Assembly (NCBI GenBank): GCA_964479835.1
Contig: CAYZRE010000002.1
Span: 24,987 to 88,986 of the forward strand
DNA: 64,000 nt
Direction of reading: 5' to 3'
DNA from: an uncultured Candidatus Saccharibacteria bacterium
GTDB lineage: Bacteria > Patescibacteriota > Minisyncoccia > 2-02-FULL-40-12 > GWA2-44-9
The position numbers and the translations under genes were made by a program. This document shows positions 40,437 to 48,964 of this stretch, in pieces (the stretch's first letter is position 1; every line of letters starts with the position of its first letter). A model generated the notes under the pieces. That model was not told the origin of the DNA. It did not search any database and worked only from the letters and a program-made list of their open reading frames with translations.

Positions 40437-40604
40437 CTAGCCGAGAAAGGCGAATAACTTATAGATTAGGAATGCCGGCCACACGAGAGCCTTGAGGAAA
40501 CCCACAGCGACCGACTCAAACCCAATCGATTGCTGGTAGAAATACACCGCTGCCCCGATAAATCCGAGAAAGTACACGCCCCCTCCGGTAGCTTCATTTC
40601 TCAT
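40437..40604 (-). CDS. Small two-TM protein (55 aa)
   Basis: GGVYFLGFIGAAVY...FLKALVWPAFL. Confidence 0.7.
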   Translation of the reverse strand: MRNEATGGGVYFLGFIGAAVYFYQQSIGFESVAVGFLKALVWPAFLIYKLFAFLG

Positions 40605-40614
40605 GTTCGTATGA

Positions 40615-40824
40615 TTAATTAATAAACCAGAATGGGTTGCCGAATCGGAGCTTGTTGAGCAAATCAAATGTCGGCGACTGGTCGGTGGCCGCTGACGGGT
40701 CACCATTGCCCCACGCAACGAGAATGTTTGCCTCCCCTTTTTCGTAGTACCCCATCACCGCCGATACATACGCGGCGCCCAACAGTACCAGTAGCCATTT
40801 CAACTTCCTTGATTTGCGCCTCAT
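40615..40824 (-). CDS. Small TM-anchored hypothetical protein
   Basis: Basic N-terminus plus TM; TTGCGG-N17-TAGAAT-N6-ATG. Confidence 0.65.
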   Translation of the reverse strand: MRRKSRKLKWLLVLLGAAYVSAVMGYYEKGEANILVAWGNGDPSAATDQSPTFDLLNKLRFGNPFWFIN

Positions 40825-40830
40825 GTCCCC

Positions 40831-40900
40831 ATTCTACTCCCCCGCCTCCCTCCCCGCAAACGGCTCACCGATGAGCCGTTTAATTTCTATGAGCCGTTTA
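40831..40900 (-). promoter_or_regulatory. Palindrome copy 4, extra half-site and promoter
   Basis: On minus: TAAACGGCTCA (begins with the tspO stop)-TAGAAAT-TAAACGGCTCA-TCGG-TGAGCCGT-TTGCGG-N17-TAGAAT. Confidence 0.8.
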
Positions 40901-41293
40901 GTTCGTAAATGAAATCGTCAGCTGCAGCGCAGTGGCAAAGAGTCCCCAGAATAAGTACGGCAGAAGAAGCCAGAAGGTTGGACGCAGTACTCGCCATGCT
41001 CGCCATTGAATATACGATAGCGATACGAGCACGAGCAGAATATCCAAAGATGCCGGCCACAGCGGTGTCAGACCTAATTGAATAGGCGTAAACAAAAGAT
41101 TGGCAATCCAATTAATGCCAAACGCCCAGAGGAATCCGCGAGGTGCGCGCCCCTTCCATACCGCATACGCGGTGTACACGGTTGCTATGATGAAAAGAGG
41201 ATAGATGATGCCCCAAGCAACGCCGAACAGCCATGCGGGCGGGGCCCATGGAGGAAGCAGGATGCTCTGATAGAACTCCGCGTAGCTCAACAT
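40898..41293 (-). CDS. TspO/MBR family protein
   Basis: Y.S...P.WAPP.WLFG..W..IY, LLLPY..W..FA..L. Confidence 0.9.
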   Translation of the reverse strand: MLSYAEFYQSILLPPWAPPAWLFGVAWGIIYPLFIIATVYTAYAVWKGRAPRGFLWAFGINWIANLLFTPIQLGLTPLWPASLDILLVLVSLSYIQWRAWRVLRPTFWLLLPYLFWGLFATALQLTISFTN

Positions 41294-41370
41294 AACTGAA
41301 GCTCATTATACACCCAACCCCTCTTGAGATAAACAAAAAGAGCCCGCCACAGTGGGGCGGGCTCGGACGG

Positions 41371-41910
41371 TCAGGGCTGGAATAATTCTTCGGGCATCAG
41401 ACGCACCTCACGCACCCCCGAAAATTGCTTCGCCGTGTTTTCGATCTGCGCCCGTAAGATGCTCACAAAACATGAACCGCCACCCGTGCGATTGTCGGGG
41501 TCATTGAATGTCAGCGTCAGAACACCGCCAGTCAGCGATGCCGCAGTAAGGGTGACGCGCTTAAGTGGAAGTTCGGAGACCATGCCCTGGGCGCTTTCGG
41601 CTGATGTGGGTTTGGTTATCAGGAGAAGCCGAATCGTGTCCTGGATAGGGGTATTCGTGAACGGAATTTCACGGGTAGCGGGCATCGAACCGCCGGTACT
41701 GCACATGATATTTCCGGACGCATCCTTATCGAGCTCGGGATTGTAGAAGAAAAGCTTCACGCTCCGCATCGCAACCGGAGATGACGACGGTACCACACTC
41801 GGAATCAGTGCACTCGGAAGCCCGCTATAATATCCCAAAGCGATTGCGACGGCAATCGCAATCACAACAAGTACTCCCGCCATCTTTATTTGCTTTGAGA
41901 TTCGCTTCAT
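41371..41910 (-). CDS. GerMN-domain membrane-anchored protein
   Basis: TM, GGSC.V..LRAQI..TA.QF.GV..V; TTGCGG-N17-TAACAT-N6-ATG. Confidence 0.75.
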   Translation of the reverse strand: MKRISKQIKMAGVLVVIAIAVAIALGYYSGLPSALIPSVVPSSSPVAMRSVKLFFYNPELDKDASGNIMCSTGGSMPATREIPFTNTPIQDTIRLLLITKPTSAESAQGMVSELPLKRVTLTAASLTGGVLTLTFNDPDNRTGGGSCFVSILRAQIENTAKQFSGVREVRLMPEELFQP

Positions 41911-42008
41911 ACCCCAATGTTACTCTCCCACCTTCCTCCCCGCAAACGGCTTCCGCAAAAGAAAAACCGGCAGGCGGAGGCGCCTGCCGGTCCAAACGTT
42001 GCGAAATT

Positions 42009-42326
42009 CTACTTCTGCTTGTCGATGGTCCAGATGTAGCCGGCGGATGTCAGGTCGATGACCTTCCGGGCGCGCGACCGACCGTCGTCGTACTCGGCGA
42101 AGAGCGAGTGCTCTCCCACCTCGTATCTGACGTTGCACTCGCGTTGCGGGGTGGCACGGCAGGTCTCCTCGTCGCCGTCCACCGAGAACACGAGCGGGTC
42201 GGCCGTGTTGTTGATGAACCTGATCAGCCCCGTGCTCTGGGCCTGCACCGGCGGCGGCTGTACCGCGAACCCCGCCATCAGCGCCAGCAGACCAATCGAC
42301 AACACCATCAAGACTGCCTTTCTCAT
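42009..42326 (-). CDS. Small secreted beta-rich orphan protein (SD-led cassette)
   Basis: Signal peptide, two Cys, TTGCGG-N17-TATAGT promoter, SD AAGGAGGT, terminator at about 41962-41991. Confidence 0.7.
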   Translation of the reverse strand: MRKAVLMVLSIGLLALMAGFAVQPPPVQAQSTGLIRFINNTADPLVFSVDGDEETCRATPQRECNVRYEVGEHSLFAEYDDGRSRARKVIDLTSAGYIWTIDKQK

Positions 42327-42409
42327 ACGACCTCCTTTGTTACTGCGAGTTCACACTATAACACACTAATTCCCTCCCCGCAAACCGACCATTTTCCAAA
42401 AAGCAGCGG

Positions 42410-42961
42410 CTATTTCTGATTGATAGCTAGAATTTCGTTAACGCGCTTGAGAACTAGATCGCCATCTAACATCTCGCGTCCTTTAATGCGAAGTAATGGA
42501 AGGTTAGCCGACTCAAGAATACGCTGAACCTCAATATCGCGTTGGATTCTATCTGGCCGCTCATGTGAAGGGTCATCTAGCTCAATCGCTAGTACCGTGT
42601 GGAGACTATTTTTCTCACACAATACGTAATCAACTGACTTTTCGTCGATATGCCGAAACGCACCAAACCAGCTCTGGCCCTTAATCTTGTGCTCAACAAT
42701 CGATGGCAAGTGGATTTGCGGGAATACCAAAAAACGGTCGCCGATTATCCGCGTAAGAAGGCGAAAGAACTCCTGCTCTGTATGCGTCATAACAGAAGCT
42801 TTTCTCCCGTAGAGATATTTATACGGCTGTGCCTTTTGTGTCTTTCTACGAAATAGGCCTACCAGCACCACGAGCACGATAAGGCCAAGAATAATCGGCC
42901 AAAACGGCTTCACGAACGTGAAGAACGCATTCACTATTTGCCAAAAATCGAGATTGATCAT
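42410..42961 (-). CDS. DUF2726-domain membrane protein
   Basis: N-terminal TM, E..FF..L, VFPQ..L, KSVDYV, IELDD.SH, RD. Confidence 0.8.
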   Translation of the reverse strand: MINLDFWQIVNAFFTFVKPFWPIILGLIVLVVLVGLFRRKTQKAQPYKYLYGRKASVMTHTEQEFFRLLTRIIGDRFLVFPQIHLPSIVEHKIKGQSWFGAFRHIDEKSVDYVLCEKNSLHTVLAIELDDPSHERPDRIQRDIEVQRILESANLPLLRIKGREMLDGDLVLKRVNEILAINQK

Positions 42962-45900
42962 TTTATTTTGTCGATTTCTTCCATGATACGGTCGGTTTCG
43001 GTGAGCGCAACAATAATTTTTTGATAATGTGAGATATCATCAAATGACAATTTCATACCACGTCGATCTTTCAACCACTTCTGAGCTGGCAAGTAGCTAC
43101 CCATAACATACCCAAACGCTTCTTCGGATATATTTTGAAAACTTTGCGTTTCATTAATAAATACTTCACCCTTCCTGAATATAGGGAACTTCGGACCAAC
43201 GATGTTACTGCCGAGTGCTGGAAACTTGGATGTGTAGTTACCGATCTCGGGATGTTCTAGTAGATGATAGAGGCGCAGGTCTCTGCCTTTTTGGACGAGC
43301 TTCAGAAATGTCTCCTTATTTGACGGGTACGGAATACGCGGGAAGTCCGTCTTCAGGAATTCTTGGTATTTTTTTCGATAATTTAGTGAGTATAGCGTCG
43401 CATAGATGTAGTCAAGGATATCTTCTGACGATATGGCACCGACAACATTTTCTATTTTGCTCACTATTTCTTTCCTTAGATTAGAGGTTCGTGTATTATC
43501 GTCAGAGTAAAGATATAGCGGGAAGACGTAGCCAGCCTCCTTAGTTCGATTCGTTAGGAGGCACATGTCAATTAGACCCCTTCCAATGAAGGCGTGGTTA
43601 AATTCATTGACTGCCAGCTGGCGAGGAACGAGAAGTGCGATGTTGTCTCGTTCGAGAAGATGCTTCATAATCGCATACCGGGGACGAGCAATGAAACCCT
43701 TATTTTCGTGGGTATAGTATATCCATCTAACATCGAATGGACGGTAAGATATTTGCCTCAAATGAGATTCGGAGAAATTTCTTTCTACATCGTTCTTTGC
43801 GTTCGGCAGCTGCCAGCTACTAGTATCTTTCGGAATGCCGTACTTCTGGCGCAATGCGACAACATCCAAACTCTTAAAATCTAGAACACGCTGTTGGAGC
43901 ATTTCTTTTCTTTGATCGATGGCCAACTCATCCCTGAACGTTGCAATTCCAACACTGGACTCTAAGAATAATTCATCGAGACTGAATCCTCGTCTGTATT
44001 CTTCTCTGCCCTCCATGTTCTTATCCACAAAGAAATACATCTGGTCATCGAGTGACACCTCTTGCCAGTTTGGTTTATAAGAATCTAGGGCAGTAAATTT
44101 CGAACGACGAGAGCCGAATAAGTCGTCATGATATACTCTGGCCGGTTGATTGGCCTTCTTGTCTCCTGTTTTCACGGCAATCAAGATTGCTACTCCCTGT
44201 TGAATATCAAAGACGTTTTCATCTTTGTTGCCATCGGGAGAAAGTTCCTCCTTTTTTAGATTGCCATGGAGATCGAGTACATAGATTGAATCGAAAGTTT
44301 TTGTCAGATGCCATCGCATACCACGAAACGTTGGGTTATCAATGTAGCCGTGAGCTGTGATCATGGCTACGATGCCCGTACCAGTTTTCTCAATAAAACT
44401 CTCTGCTAAACGGATAAACTTAACATAATCATCGTTCAGCCATTTTGAATTCCGCTCTTGTAGCTTCATTCTCCCGCCAGGCTCTACTTTATACACATCA
44501 TGCCCCGTATACTGCTTATTTTGAGACTCACCTTTATATGGCGGATTGCCAATAACGACCATAACCGGCAACTCTTCTTTTACTCGTGAAGCACCAATAG
44601 ACTCTTCGGTAAGCGAACGCATCAGTCCGAATTCAAGCTGTGGTTGCACGGCGCCCGCGGGTTCCAAAGAATTTGTAAGATACACACCGATTCTGTCGTT
44701 TGGTTCGGCACCTGTTTCAGTCAGAACCATGGATAACTTGAGGTGTGCGACAATATAACTTGCGACGAGAAGCTCGAATCCGTGCATTCGTGGAAGTAAG
44801 TGTTCATTTACATAACTTGGCCATTGACCTTTTTGACTCTCAAATGACTCGTATATCTTGTGGATAGTCTCATTCAAGAATGTTCCGGTACCAACAGCGG
44901 GGTCCAAAATCTGGACACGGTGAATCTGTTCCTTAACTTTTTTAAACTGGCCTGTTTTATTAGTCTCCTGAATAGAAATCTCATGCTCAACCTTAGAAGT
45001 GTCTGCCAGTCCTTTTGAGAGACCAAAATCGCGACGAAGAATCTCGTCCACCGATCGAACGATGAAACGTACAATAGGCGGGCGAGTATAAAATACGCCA
45101 CGATCTAACTTCTGCCCTTTATCGTATTCTCCCAAAAAGTCTTCATAGAAATGAACAACGGGATCAAGTGCTTCGGGGTCCTTACCCCACAAACCTACTT
45201 GCCTGAAGCGATCCTCCATAATTCCCTTGACATCAGCTGCGGTAAATATTAAAGATAAATCGGAAACGATATAATCAAGTCTTGAGTCAAACTCTGGGCC
45301 AGAAATATGATTAAAGAACTGCCTTAAAAAGGGGTTAGAGCGTGGCACAAGGCCTTGTGCTTCCTGTCTTGAAAAATTCCCTGGCGTTTTATCGTAGAAG
45401 CGAGCTACAAATAGGCCATATACTAATGTTTGGGCATACATATCCGCAAATTGCTCGATCGTTAGGTCGTGTATAAGAAGACGCTTAAAAACGTCGAATT
45501 GTTCAAGAAGCGATCGACTTTTCTCTCCACCTTCTTTGCTATAGATGACAATATTTTCTCGAAGACGACGCCCTCGACCACCCATGATTCGAGACAATTT
45601 TTCTGCAGAGGTTATCGTTTGAGCTCCGAGTTCAAGAAACGCTGAAAGTTCGCGGACTAGTAACTCATATGCCTCCGCGTGAAATACCAATCCCTCTCCA
45701 TGACGAGATGCGATAATGATTTTTTCTCCATAGGGTTCGCCGTCTCGGAAAAATCGAAATTCAATGTAGTTCGTCAATATAAGCTTCGGATATCCTAGAT
45801 ACCTCTCGAGTTGTTCCGATGTCTGGACTTTATCCAAGTTTACAGCGAGGTCCTTCGTTTCAATGTAGGCAAGAGGAACTGCCCCTTTTTTAACAATAAA

Positions 45901-46071
45901 GTCGGGCGCTCCAAACTGAGAACGCTTTGGCTCATTAATTATCTGGCAGTTCTCGCATGTAGTCCCCAGAAACTCTTCAAAGGGTGCGCGATAAGAATGC
46001 TCACCAGCCTCGCCAGTTGCAAACTTGCCGCCGATTTTTCCGAGATACTCCGCGACTTTATGTGCAGTCAC
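42958..46071 (-). CDS. Fused restriction-modification enzyme (type IIG/ISP-like, N6-adenine MTase)
   Basis: N-terminal PDF...IETK nuclease motif, ILDPAVGTGTF, IGNPPY, C-terminal YRPFD and FPRIP specificity region; visibly AT-richer than the flanks. Confidence 0.88.
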   Translation of the reverse strand: MTAHKVAEYLGKIGGKFATGEAGEHSYRAPFEEFLGTTCENCQIINEPKRSQFGAPDFIVKKGAVPLAYIETKDLAVNLDKVQTSEQLERYLGYPKLILTNYIEFRFFRDGEPYGEKIIIASRHGEGLVFHAEAYELLVRELSAFLELGAQTITSAEKLSRIMGGRGRRLRENIVIYSKEGGEKSRSLLEQFDVFKRLLIHDLTIEQFADMYAQTLVYGLFVARFYDKTPGNFSRQEAQGLVPRSNPFLRQFFNHISGPEFDSRLDYIVSDLSLIFTAADVKGIMEDRFRQVGLWGKDPEALDPVVHFYEDFLGEYDKGQKLDRGVFYTRPPIVRFIVRSVDEILRRDFGLSKGLADTSKVEHEISIQETNKTGQFKKVKEQIHRVQILDPAVGTGTFLNETIHKIYESFESQKGQWPSYVNEHLLPRMHGFELLVASYIVAHLKLSMVLTETGAEPNDRIGVYLTNSLEPAGAVQPQLEFGLMRSLTEESIGASRVKEELPVMVVIGNPPYKGESQNKQYTGHDVYKVEPGGRMKLQERNSKWLNDDYVKFIRLAESFIEKTGTGIVAMITAHGYIDNPTFRGMRWHLTKTFDSIYVLDLHGNLKKEELSPDGNKDENVFDIQQGVAILIAVKTGDKKANQPARVYHDDLFGSRRSKFTALDSYKPNWQEVSLDDQMYFFVDKNMEGREEYRRGFSLDELFLESSVGIATFRDELAIDQRKEMLQQRVLDFKSLDVVALRQKYGIPKDTSSWQLPNAKNDVERNFSESHLRQISYRPFDVRWIYYTHENKGFIARPRYAIMKHLLERDNIALLVPRQLAVNEFNHAFIGRGLIDMCLLTNRTKEAGYVFPLYLYSDDNTRTSNLRKEIVSKIENVVGAISSEDILDYIYATLYSLNYRKKYQEFLKTDFPRIPYPSNKETFLKLVQKGRDLRLYHLLEHPEIGNYTSKFPALGSNIVGPKFPIFRKGEVFINETQSFQNISEEAFGYVMGSYLPAQKWLKDRRGMKLSFDDISHYQKIIVALTETDRIMEEIDKIK

Positions 46072-46078
46072 AATTCTT

Positions 46079-46111
46079 CAAATCTACCAAAAAACCGGCC
46101 TTGTGGCCAGT
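46079..46111 (-). repeat. 33-bp direct repeat, copy 1 (terminator plus extended -10)
   Basis: 30/33 identical to 46601-46633. Confidence 0.85.
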
Positions 46112-46119
46112 TCTCGGTG

Positions 46120-46143
46120 AACGGCTCACCGAATGAGCCGTTT
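46120..46143. repeat. Palindrome copy 5
   Basis: AACGGCTCA-CCGAA-TGAGCCGTTT. Confidence 0.85.
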
Positions 46144-46156
46144 GATCCCGTGGTAT

Positions 46157-46591
46157 TCAGACGAGTTGCGGAATTTTCAGTAGCTTGCGTATCTCATTGA
46201 GGTCATCATCATTTCTAAGGGCATTATTGCCCGGACCTAGGCCGTTCGAGAGTCTGATGAGCCGCCGCGCAGCGTCCGCAACATTTCTGTCGTCGTTCTT
46301 TGTACGAAAAACCAGTTGTTTTCTCGATGCTTCTAAATCGCATGAATTTCTACGAAGATCGTCCGAGCATTTTTGATAGCGCTCCGGCCAAAAAGAATTT
46401 TCACTAGGCGGAATAGGGTTTGTTATTACATTCGCGTAATATTTCAATTCGTTATCGATTTTCCCAATCACTCCCTTATATTCTTGCAGGGGCACTAGAA
46501 CGAACCTTTGGATTGTTTCGCCTATCAGAAAAATAACCACGCCAGATATGACGGTCTGAAAAACTGTACTTCCGAGAAGGGTCGCGATCAT
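46157..46591 (-). CDS. Hypothetical single-TM helical protein
   Basis: TVISGVVIFLIG TM; start set at MIATLLG, after the repeat-borne -10. Confidence 0.7.
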   Translation of the reverse strand: MIATLLGSTVFQTVISGVVIFLIGETIQRFVLVPLQEYKGVIGKIDNELKYYANVITNPIPPSENSFWPERYQKCSDDLRRNSCDLEASRKQLVFRTKNDDRNVADAARRLIRLSNGLGPGNNALRNDDDLNEIRKLLKIPQLV

Positions 46592-46600
46592 GTCAGGCGA

Positions 46601-46633
46601 CAAATCTAACAAAAAACCGGCCCCGTGGCCAGT
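46601..46633 (-). repeat. 33-bp direct repeat, copy 2
   Basis: CAAATCTAACAAAAAACCGGCCCCGTGGCCAGT. Confidence 0.85.
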
Positions 46634-46670
46634 CGTGGAGTAGGGTCGGTAATGTAGTAGGGCAGCTCGT

Positions 46671-47327
46671 TTAAACTAGCGTTGCCTGGGAACCACCCAA
46701 TAGGACTTGATTAATGAGATCGTGATACAGCCTACTAGCTAGTGTAGTATTGAAGTCGGGATCATTGGAGGCTGTTAGCAATAGCAGTTTTTCTCTATAT
46801 AGGCCCTGTGACTTTAAAAAGGCGATTTCCGCAGAGTCTCCTAAAATCATTGATTCTATAACTTTGAAGGCAGGGTCCAGAAAAAACTCGGCCACTTTAT
46901 CCTCCAGCTGTTCTTGCTTAGTTTGCTTATTGAGATGGACGAATTGAAAATTCTTTTTGTATCCGATAAAACATTTCCCACCAAGATTGATAATTTCGGG
47001 GCCAAGCTTTTCGCCAGCATCACAGGCAAGAGCGTGAACAAATTTCCCCTGCATTATTTTGGCATTTTCTCCAACCCGAATCAGTATTTCTCTGTTATAT
47101 CCACACAGATGATCTGGGCCCCCGTGTCCGTTAAAAAAAACAATCTGGGGATCATTCTCTGATATAGCGGTCTCAATATTTACTCGAGTGACCGAAGGGC
47201 CCGATAATTCTATAACTACTGTCTCGGGCTGTTTTTTAGCCAGCTCAACCACTCGGTCACACCAGGCACCTATATACTCAGTGGGCCGATCGTGAGCCGG
47301 GTTTGTAAAAACCAGTATGCGGCTCAC
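46671..47327 (-). CDS. Clan CD (caspase/CHAT/gingipain-like) cysteine protease
   Basis: IVFFNGHG (H68) and FVHALAC (C102), each after a hydrophobic strand, then FIGY. Confidence 0.7.
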   Translation of the reverse strand: MSRILVFTNPAHDRPTEYIGAWCDRVVELAKKQPETVVIELSGPSVTRVNIETAISENDPQIVFFNGHGGPDHLCGYNREILIRVGENAKIMQGKFVHALACDAGEKLGPEIINLGGKCFIGYKKNFQFVHLNKQTKQEQLEDKVAEFFLDPAFKVIESMILGDSAEIAFLKSQGLYREKLLLLTASNDPDFNTTLASRLYHDLINQVLLGGSQATLV

Positions 47328-47581
47328 TGGGTGACAAGATTAGGGTTAGCAATCTTAGCAACAATGCCAGTTCTTAGGGCGCGTAGAAATTCCATTTCTG
47401 TCTCGATATAGTCCAAGCCAATAGTAGACTCATTGGTAACATGTTGAATCATCTCATCTCGAGAGATATTGGCCGCCTGGTCTCCGCTGGAAAAGTGAAG
47501 ATTTCGAGACAAAATTTCTAGTCGAGCTAAGATTGTTTCTTTTACTACCGGATCGGCTGATTTTTGCACAACTTTTTTCAT
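47324..47581 (-). CDS. Small hypothetical protein (85 aa), coupled to the protease
   Basis: 4-nt overlap with the protease start. Confidence 0.75.
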   Translation of the reverse strand: MKKVVQKSADPVVKETILARLEILSRNLHFSSGDQAANISRDEMIQHVTNESTIGLDYIETEMEFLRALRTGIVAKIANPNLVTQ

Positions 47582-47584
47582 ATT

Positions 47585-47782
47585 CTAGATTAGCTGTAAG
47601 CGCTCAAGCTCGCTAAGGATTTTTTCAGAAAGTTCTGTTTTTGCCTTCACTTCAATAAATGCAACATCCCAAGTAATGGGTTTTTGTATTCCGTCTAACT
47701 CAATCACCAAAATAATCTCATTTCGGAGACTTAATGGAATGTTGGAGTAAACTCTTAGAAACCGTTCCCTGAGATCATCCAT
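47585..47782 (-). CDS. Small hypothetical protein (65 aa)
   Basis: First gene after a near-consensus promoter; 3-nt gap to the next gene. Confidence 0.75.
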   Translation of the reverse strand: MDDLRERFLRVYSNIPLSLRNEIILVIELDGIQKPITWDVAFIEVKAKTELSEKILSELERLQLI

Positions 47783-47808
47783 AAATAGTACTTTGTAATT
47801 GGGGAAGG

Positions 47809-47837
47809 ATTATACGCTATTTACTAGGGGGAATCAA
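47809..47837 (-). promoter_or_regulatory. sigma70 promoter of the three-gene protease operon
   Basis: TTGATT-N17-TATAAT. Confidence 0.75.
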
Positions 47838-47929
47838 GATGGGATGAGCCTCTATATACTAAAATTTACCATTTTTGTGCCAGCAGGGACAAGGGGACAA
47901 CTAAGATGCGCGTGGCCATTTGCGAGCGC

Positions 47930-48024
47930 ACCACCCGGGCCCTGGCATGCTCGCTTGCTGTACCAAAGCCGAGCGAACAGCGATGGCGACGTTACGCACC
48001 GGGAGCGGACAGGGCTTGGGTGGT
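47930..48024 (+). repeat. Structured intergenic element F
   Basis: 15-bp closing stem (two G-U on +); ATGCTC-hairpin-ACAGCGAT module shared with element A. Confidence 0.6.
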
Positions 48025-48035
48025 AAGCGAGAACA

Positions 48036-48061
48036 GAAACCCCGCCGATTGGCGGGGTTTC
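48036..48061 (-). terminator. Terminator after rpsI
   Basis: GAAACCCCGCC-GATT-GGCGGGGTTTC. Confidence 0.75.
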
Positions 48062-48068
48062 TTCTGCG

Positions 48069-48611
48069 TTACCGTTTCGCCCATCTTGGACCCTTCCTCG
48101 CTTTTTTGAGACCGGGTTTCTTTCTTTCGACTTTTCTCGGATCGCGGGTGAGGAAACCTGCCTTCTTCAATTTCTTACGGAAATTCGCATCGAACAGCTC
48201 GAGACAGCGCGAGATGCCGTGGCGAACAGCGTCGGCCTGACCCGAGATACCGCCTCCGTTAACATGCGCGGTGACCTTGAAGCGCTGAAGCGATTTCAGG
48301 CGGCGGAGCGGTTGCTCGACGCGCAGAATGAGGTTCTTATCCAAAAAGTATGCGGCATAGTCCTTATCGTTGACGGTCATGAGCGCGGCATCCTCGGTGA
48401 GCTTGTCGCCCGACTTGCGGGTCATCAGGCGCACGCGCGCAACGGCTGTTTTGCGGCGGCCGACCGCTTCGAAATACTTCTCCTTGGCTCCCTCGGGAAG
48501 TTCTTCCAGTGTCATCGGGCCCAGCTCAATGTCATCATCGTCGCGAACAGTGTCCACGAAGGTGGGAGTGGCGGGCTTTACGGTGATTTCTTCGGGTTGG
48601 GTGGTTGCCAT
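48069..48611 (-). CDS. rpsI: 30S ribosomal protein S9 with acidic N-terminal extension
   Basis: GRRKTAVARV, GGG.SGQA.A, LTRDPR.VERKKPG. Confidence 0.97.
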   Translation of the reverse strand: MATTQPEEITVKPATPTFVDTVRDDDDIELGPMTLEELPEGAKEKYFEAVGRRKTAVARVRLMTRKSGDKLTEDAALMTVNDKDYAAYFLDKNLILRVEQPLRRLKSLQRFKVTAHVNGGGISGQADAVRHGISRCLELFDANFRKKLKKAGFLTRDPRKVERKKPGLKKARKGPRWAKR

Positions 48612-48615
48612 TATT

Positions 48616-48960
48616 TTATTTGACTAGGATGTGACTCAACAGCTTGTCGCGCTGGCGGTTCTCGGGAAGCATACCACGCACGGCCATACGCAGGACTTCT
48701 TTCTTGTCCTTGGCCCACATCTGCTCTAAGGTTGCTTCTTTCATACTGCCCGGGTACAGCGAGTGCTTGTAGTAGATGGTAGAGGTTGCCTTGGTGCCTT
48801 TGAACACAATTTTGTCGAGGTTATGCACGACGACCTGAATGTCGGGGAGGATGTTGGGCGTCCAGCCGGGTGTATCTTTGGCGCGCAACATAATAGCAAT
48901 CTTAGATGCCATTCTGCCTAACGACTGATTGGTTGCGTCGATTTCGATAACTTTGCTCAT
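48616..48960 (-). CDS. rplM: 50S ribosomal protein L13 (short)
   Basis: IDA....LGR.AS.IA..LR.K, YY.HS.YPG, AVRGMLP. Confidence 0.95.
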   Translation of the reverse strand: MSKVIEIDATNQSLGRMASKIAIMLRAKDTPGWTPNILPDIQVVVHNLDKIVFKGTKATSTIYYKHSLYPGSMKEATLEQMWAKDKKEVLRMAVRGMLPENRQRDKLLSHILVK

Positions 48961-48964
48961 GTGA

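Noticed and set aside
35135-47782. Classical integron cassette array
   Set aside because: No integrase in the window, the palindromes are far shorter than attC sites and lack their box structure, and the genes carry their own promoters
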